Shown piece after piece: positions 61,447 to 64,000 of a stretch of 64,000 nt of DNA (the stretch's first letter is position 1; every line of letters starts with the position of its first letter). This DNA comes from Somniosus microcephalus. Lineage: Eukaryota. Under the pieces are notes generated by a model. The model was not told the DNA's origin, did no database searches, and saw nothing but the letters and a program-made list of their open reading frames with translations. The position numbers and the translations under genes are program-made. Location of the stretch: NCBI GenBank assembly GCA_052327205.1, contig CM126207.1:28706001-28770000 (forward strand). The letters are read 5' to 3'.

Positions 61447-62291
61447 ACCGTGATTATGAATAAAGTATCATAAATGGATGTTAGAATTCCAGCGCAATGT
61501 CGAGGTGGGAAAAGGTGCTTTTTGGAAATGCTGTTTTAAAGAAATGTTCTACCTTTAGGTCCATTCCACCCCTTATCTCTCCCTCGTGCATTGTCATGCA
61601 CCTGTTCATGGCCAAGAGCATGTCTTTATCAATGCCAGCACGTGTGTAACTTTGGCTTGTCCTCTTATTTTTTTTCTAACCCCACCCCAGCTGTGATTGA
61701 AACTGTACTGTGTGGAATGCCGTGGGTTCTAACACCTTATAACTCCCTAGCACATTAGAGCAGAGACATCATGCGATCTACGGTCCCAACTTTTGAAATC
61801 CAGATGTTGTACCTGTACTGATGGATTTCGAGGACAAAAAATGATTTTTTGATTTGCTTGTACATGATAAAATGTTCTCTATCCATAACCACTTTATGTA
61901 GCATTGTAGTAAAACCATACTTTGCTACTTTTAAATATTCTGGTTCACAACATGACTCAAACACACCCTGGAAACCAGAATATACAATGGGCCATGTTTG
62001 TGTTCTCTCTAATTTAAAAAGATTTGTTTTTCTTGCTGTTTCTCTGGAACATTTCTGTCTCTACTATCTCATTCTAATATTTGTGCATTTTTGATCTAAA
62101 TGCTATGTAAGAAATGCTCTAGCCATTTTCTGGGCTTCTGTAAAATGTTCAGAGTGCAAAAGCATGGCAAGCAACTTCTAATGATAGCGCAGTACATGTC
62201 ACAGCTGTTGCTTTAAGTTAAGTAATCCTCATTTGAAATATTTCCTTTGGCCCTGCATAATATCAGCTTTAATAAATACTTTTCCTTTTAG

Positions 62292-62469
62292 AGGGGAAAT
62301 CCTGTACCTGGAGCGTGAGACTTGGACAGCTATTGCTCGTTGCTAAACAGAGCAACACAGAGGGTTTCTATGAACAATTGCAGGTTACCCGAGCAGAACA
62401 GATCGTGCCTCTCTCTGCAGCAAGTTTTGAACGAGGGTCCTATCAGCGAGGTTATGAGTACATTGTCAG
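62292..62469 (+). CDS. ATR: ATR exon 32 (178 nt)
   Basis: TWSVRLGQLLL...AEQIVPLSAASFERGSYQRGYEYIV. Confidence 0.95.
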
Positions 62470-62546
62470 GTACTGTTGGGATTGATTTCACTTTAGATAT
62501 TCAAGCATATTAATACATTATTAATTCTGAGTTTTCTTTTACTCAG

Positions 62547-62732
62547 ACTGCATATGCTGTGTGAGCTGGAGCACAGTGTCAAAGGACTGCTTCACCAGCA
62601 GCCTGGGAGCCATCATAAAGAACATGAGCATCCTCTCAACTGGCAGGCTCGTCTAGAAATGACTCAGAATTCCTTTCGGGCTAAGGAGCCAGTCTTGTCA
62701 CTGCGCAGAGCATTGCTCAGTGTCAATAAAAC
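62547..62732 (+). CDS. ATR: ATR exon 33 (186 nt)
   Basis: LHMLCELEHS...LNWQARLEMTQNSFRAKEPVLSLRRALLS. Confidence 0.95.
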
Positions 62733-63546
62733 GTACGTTGACATATTTTGTTTACAATTTTAGATGGTGAAATATTAATCCAGAAATGGAGCAATTACAT
62801 TTTGGTGGGAATGCGTTCGGTTAAGAAAGCCTGTCTGAAGTCTGGATCATTCTCTATTACAATAATGTTGCATTTGCATCTACTAATGTTTTACTTAAAT
62901 TCTTCTTAAGTAGTGCTTCAGGCTGTGCATAAAAAAAAGTGTGAAATTAATTCTGTGAAATGCCACAGAAACCATAAAAAAATATGTTGAGACCATACAG
63001 GTATTCCTGGACTCGACTGACTCTCCAATTGGGAGCCATACAAAAGCAGTTGACGGGATCGTATTGGCTTTTACAAGTTGGACATATATAACTAATATTT
63101 ATATTTGAGTCAATTATTGTAAAGGAGTTGTGTGTACATTTCATAAGCTTTATACAAATGTAATGTACATAATGCATTGTACCATAGAGTGGTAGAAATG
63201 CCGGTTTGTTGCGAGTTCCGCACATGGCGTATGCTTGGTTTCAGCAGTGCTCTGGAGAGTGGCACTGAGCAAAGCCCGGGCCTCCCGCAGTGGGCAAGGA
63301 ACTATTGCAATACAAATCTTCCCGTGGTACTATTGGAACATCTCAACTAACTTATGTGGCATTAACGGAGGCCTGGAAATTGGTTTATTAATTAGGGAGT
63401 GGTATGCAGGGAAGGGAAAGAGTTTGCTTTAATATGGGACTAAAGAAAAAGAATTTGAGGTGACTTTTTTTAAAGATAGTAAAATTAGTTTTTTTGAATT
63501 GTGTTAAATATTGTTAACAGATTTTAATCTATGTGATTGTAAATAG

Positions 63547-63706
63547 GGCAGACTACAGTGAGCTGGTTGGAGAATGCTGGCTACAAAGTGCCAGAGTTGC
63601 CAGGAAAGCAGGTCATCACCAGACTGCGTACAATGCCCTCTTAAATGCAGGAGAGTCCAGATTGCCTGAGCTTTACATAGAAAGAGCAAAATGGCTTTGG
63701 TCCAAG
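63547..63706 (+). CDS. ATR: ATR exon 34 (160 nt)
   Basis: DYSELVGECWLQSARVARKAGHHQTAYNALLNAGESRL...KWLWSK; AAG|gtatgt. Confidence 0.96.
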
Positions 63707-64000
63707 GTATGTTTAAGGTTAATAAGGCAGCACCATTTGCAAACTTTACTTTAGGGGGATAAGGTAGGGAAAGGGGAGGGGAGACCTTGTCTAATGCAGA
63801 TTGTAGTATCAAAGGAATTCCTAAATATCGGTAACCTCTATTAGTCTAAGGATGTTCCAGAATAGGACTCGGATGGCAAGTAGATAGATGGGGCTTCTGT
63901 ACACGCTATATAAACTAAAATCAAGCATACTGGTTTTAAAATAATAAGCCAATTACAAATTTAATTATATCCCTAAAATCATCCACTTTCAGTCCTACCT

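Larger units (their letters stand above)
1405..63706 (+). other. ATR: ATR gene, exons 1-34 (5' part; continues beyond window); serine/threonine-protein kinase ATR
   Basis: 34 GT-AG exons chain in phase to 6012 nt / 2004 codons. Peptides match vertebrate ATR (MLEQGLEMASILPALREL, NVNRREILINNFKYIFSHLVCSC, HISSVRVKMMTTLRTGL, ECWLQSARVARKAGHHQTAYNALL). Confidence 0.98.

Overview
Eukaryotic, not prokaryotic, DNA. It is most likely from a shark/elasmobranch, judging by the HE1 V-SINE, DeuSINE and CR1/L2 repeat content. The window holds the promoter and the first 34 coding exons of ATR (PIKK checkpoint kinase) on the + strand. ATG is at 1405, every intron is GT-AG, and phases chain without a stop over 6012 nt (2004 codons: N-terminal HEAT repeats, UME, start of FAT). 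The kinase and FATC exons lie beyond the window. Introns are packed with TEs: CR1 and L2 LINE fragments, several SINE families, Penelope-like remnants with decayed hammerhead motifs, nine TA-flanked Tigger/pogo-like MITEs, five bounded PIF/Harbinger-like MITEs with 3-bp TSDs, a Gypsy-like solo LTR, and a 2165-bp hAT deletion derivative with a perfect 8-bp TSD. I cannot demonstrate a new biological system. The best leads are the 7-copy Sp/CCAAT tandem-repeat promoter, the gene-trap-like hAT in intron 27, RFX X-box- and splice-donor-carrying MITEs, inverted TE pairs flanking in-frame exons, and a templated inverted-insertion repair scar in intron 1. Comparisons with human ATR are from recall, not from an alignment run.
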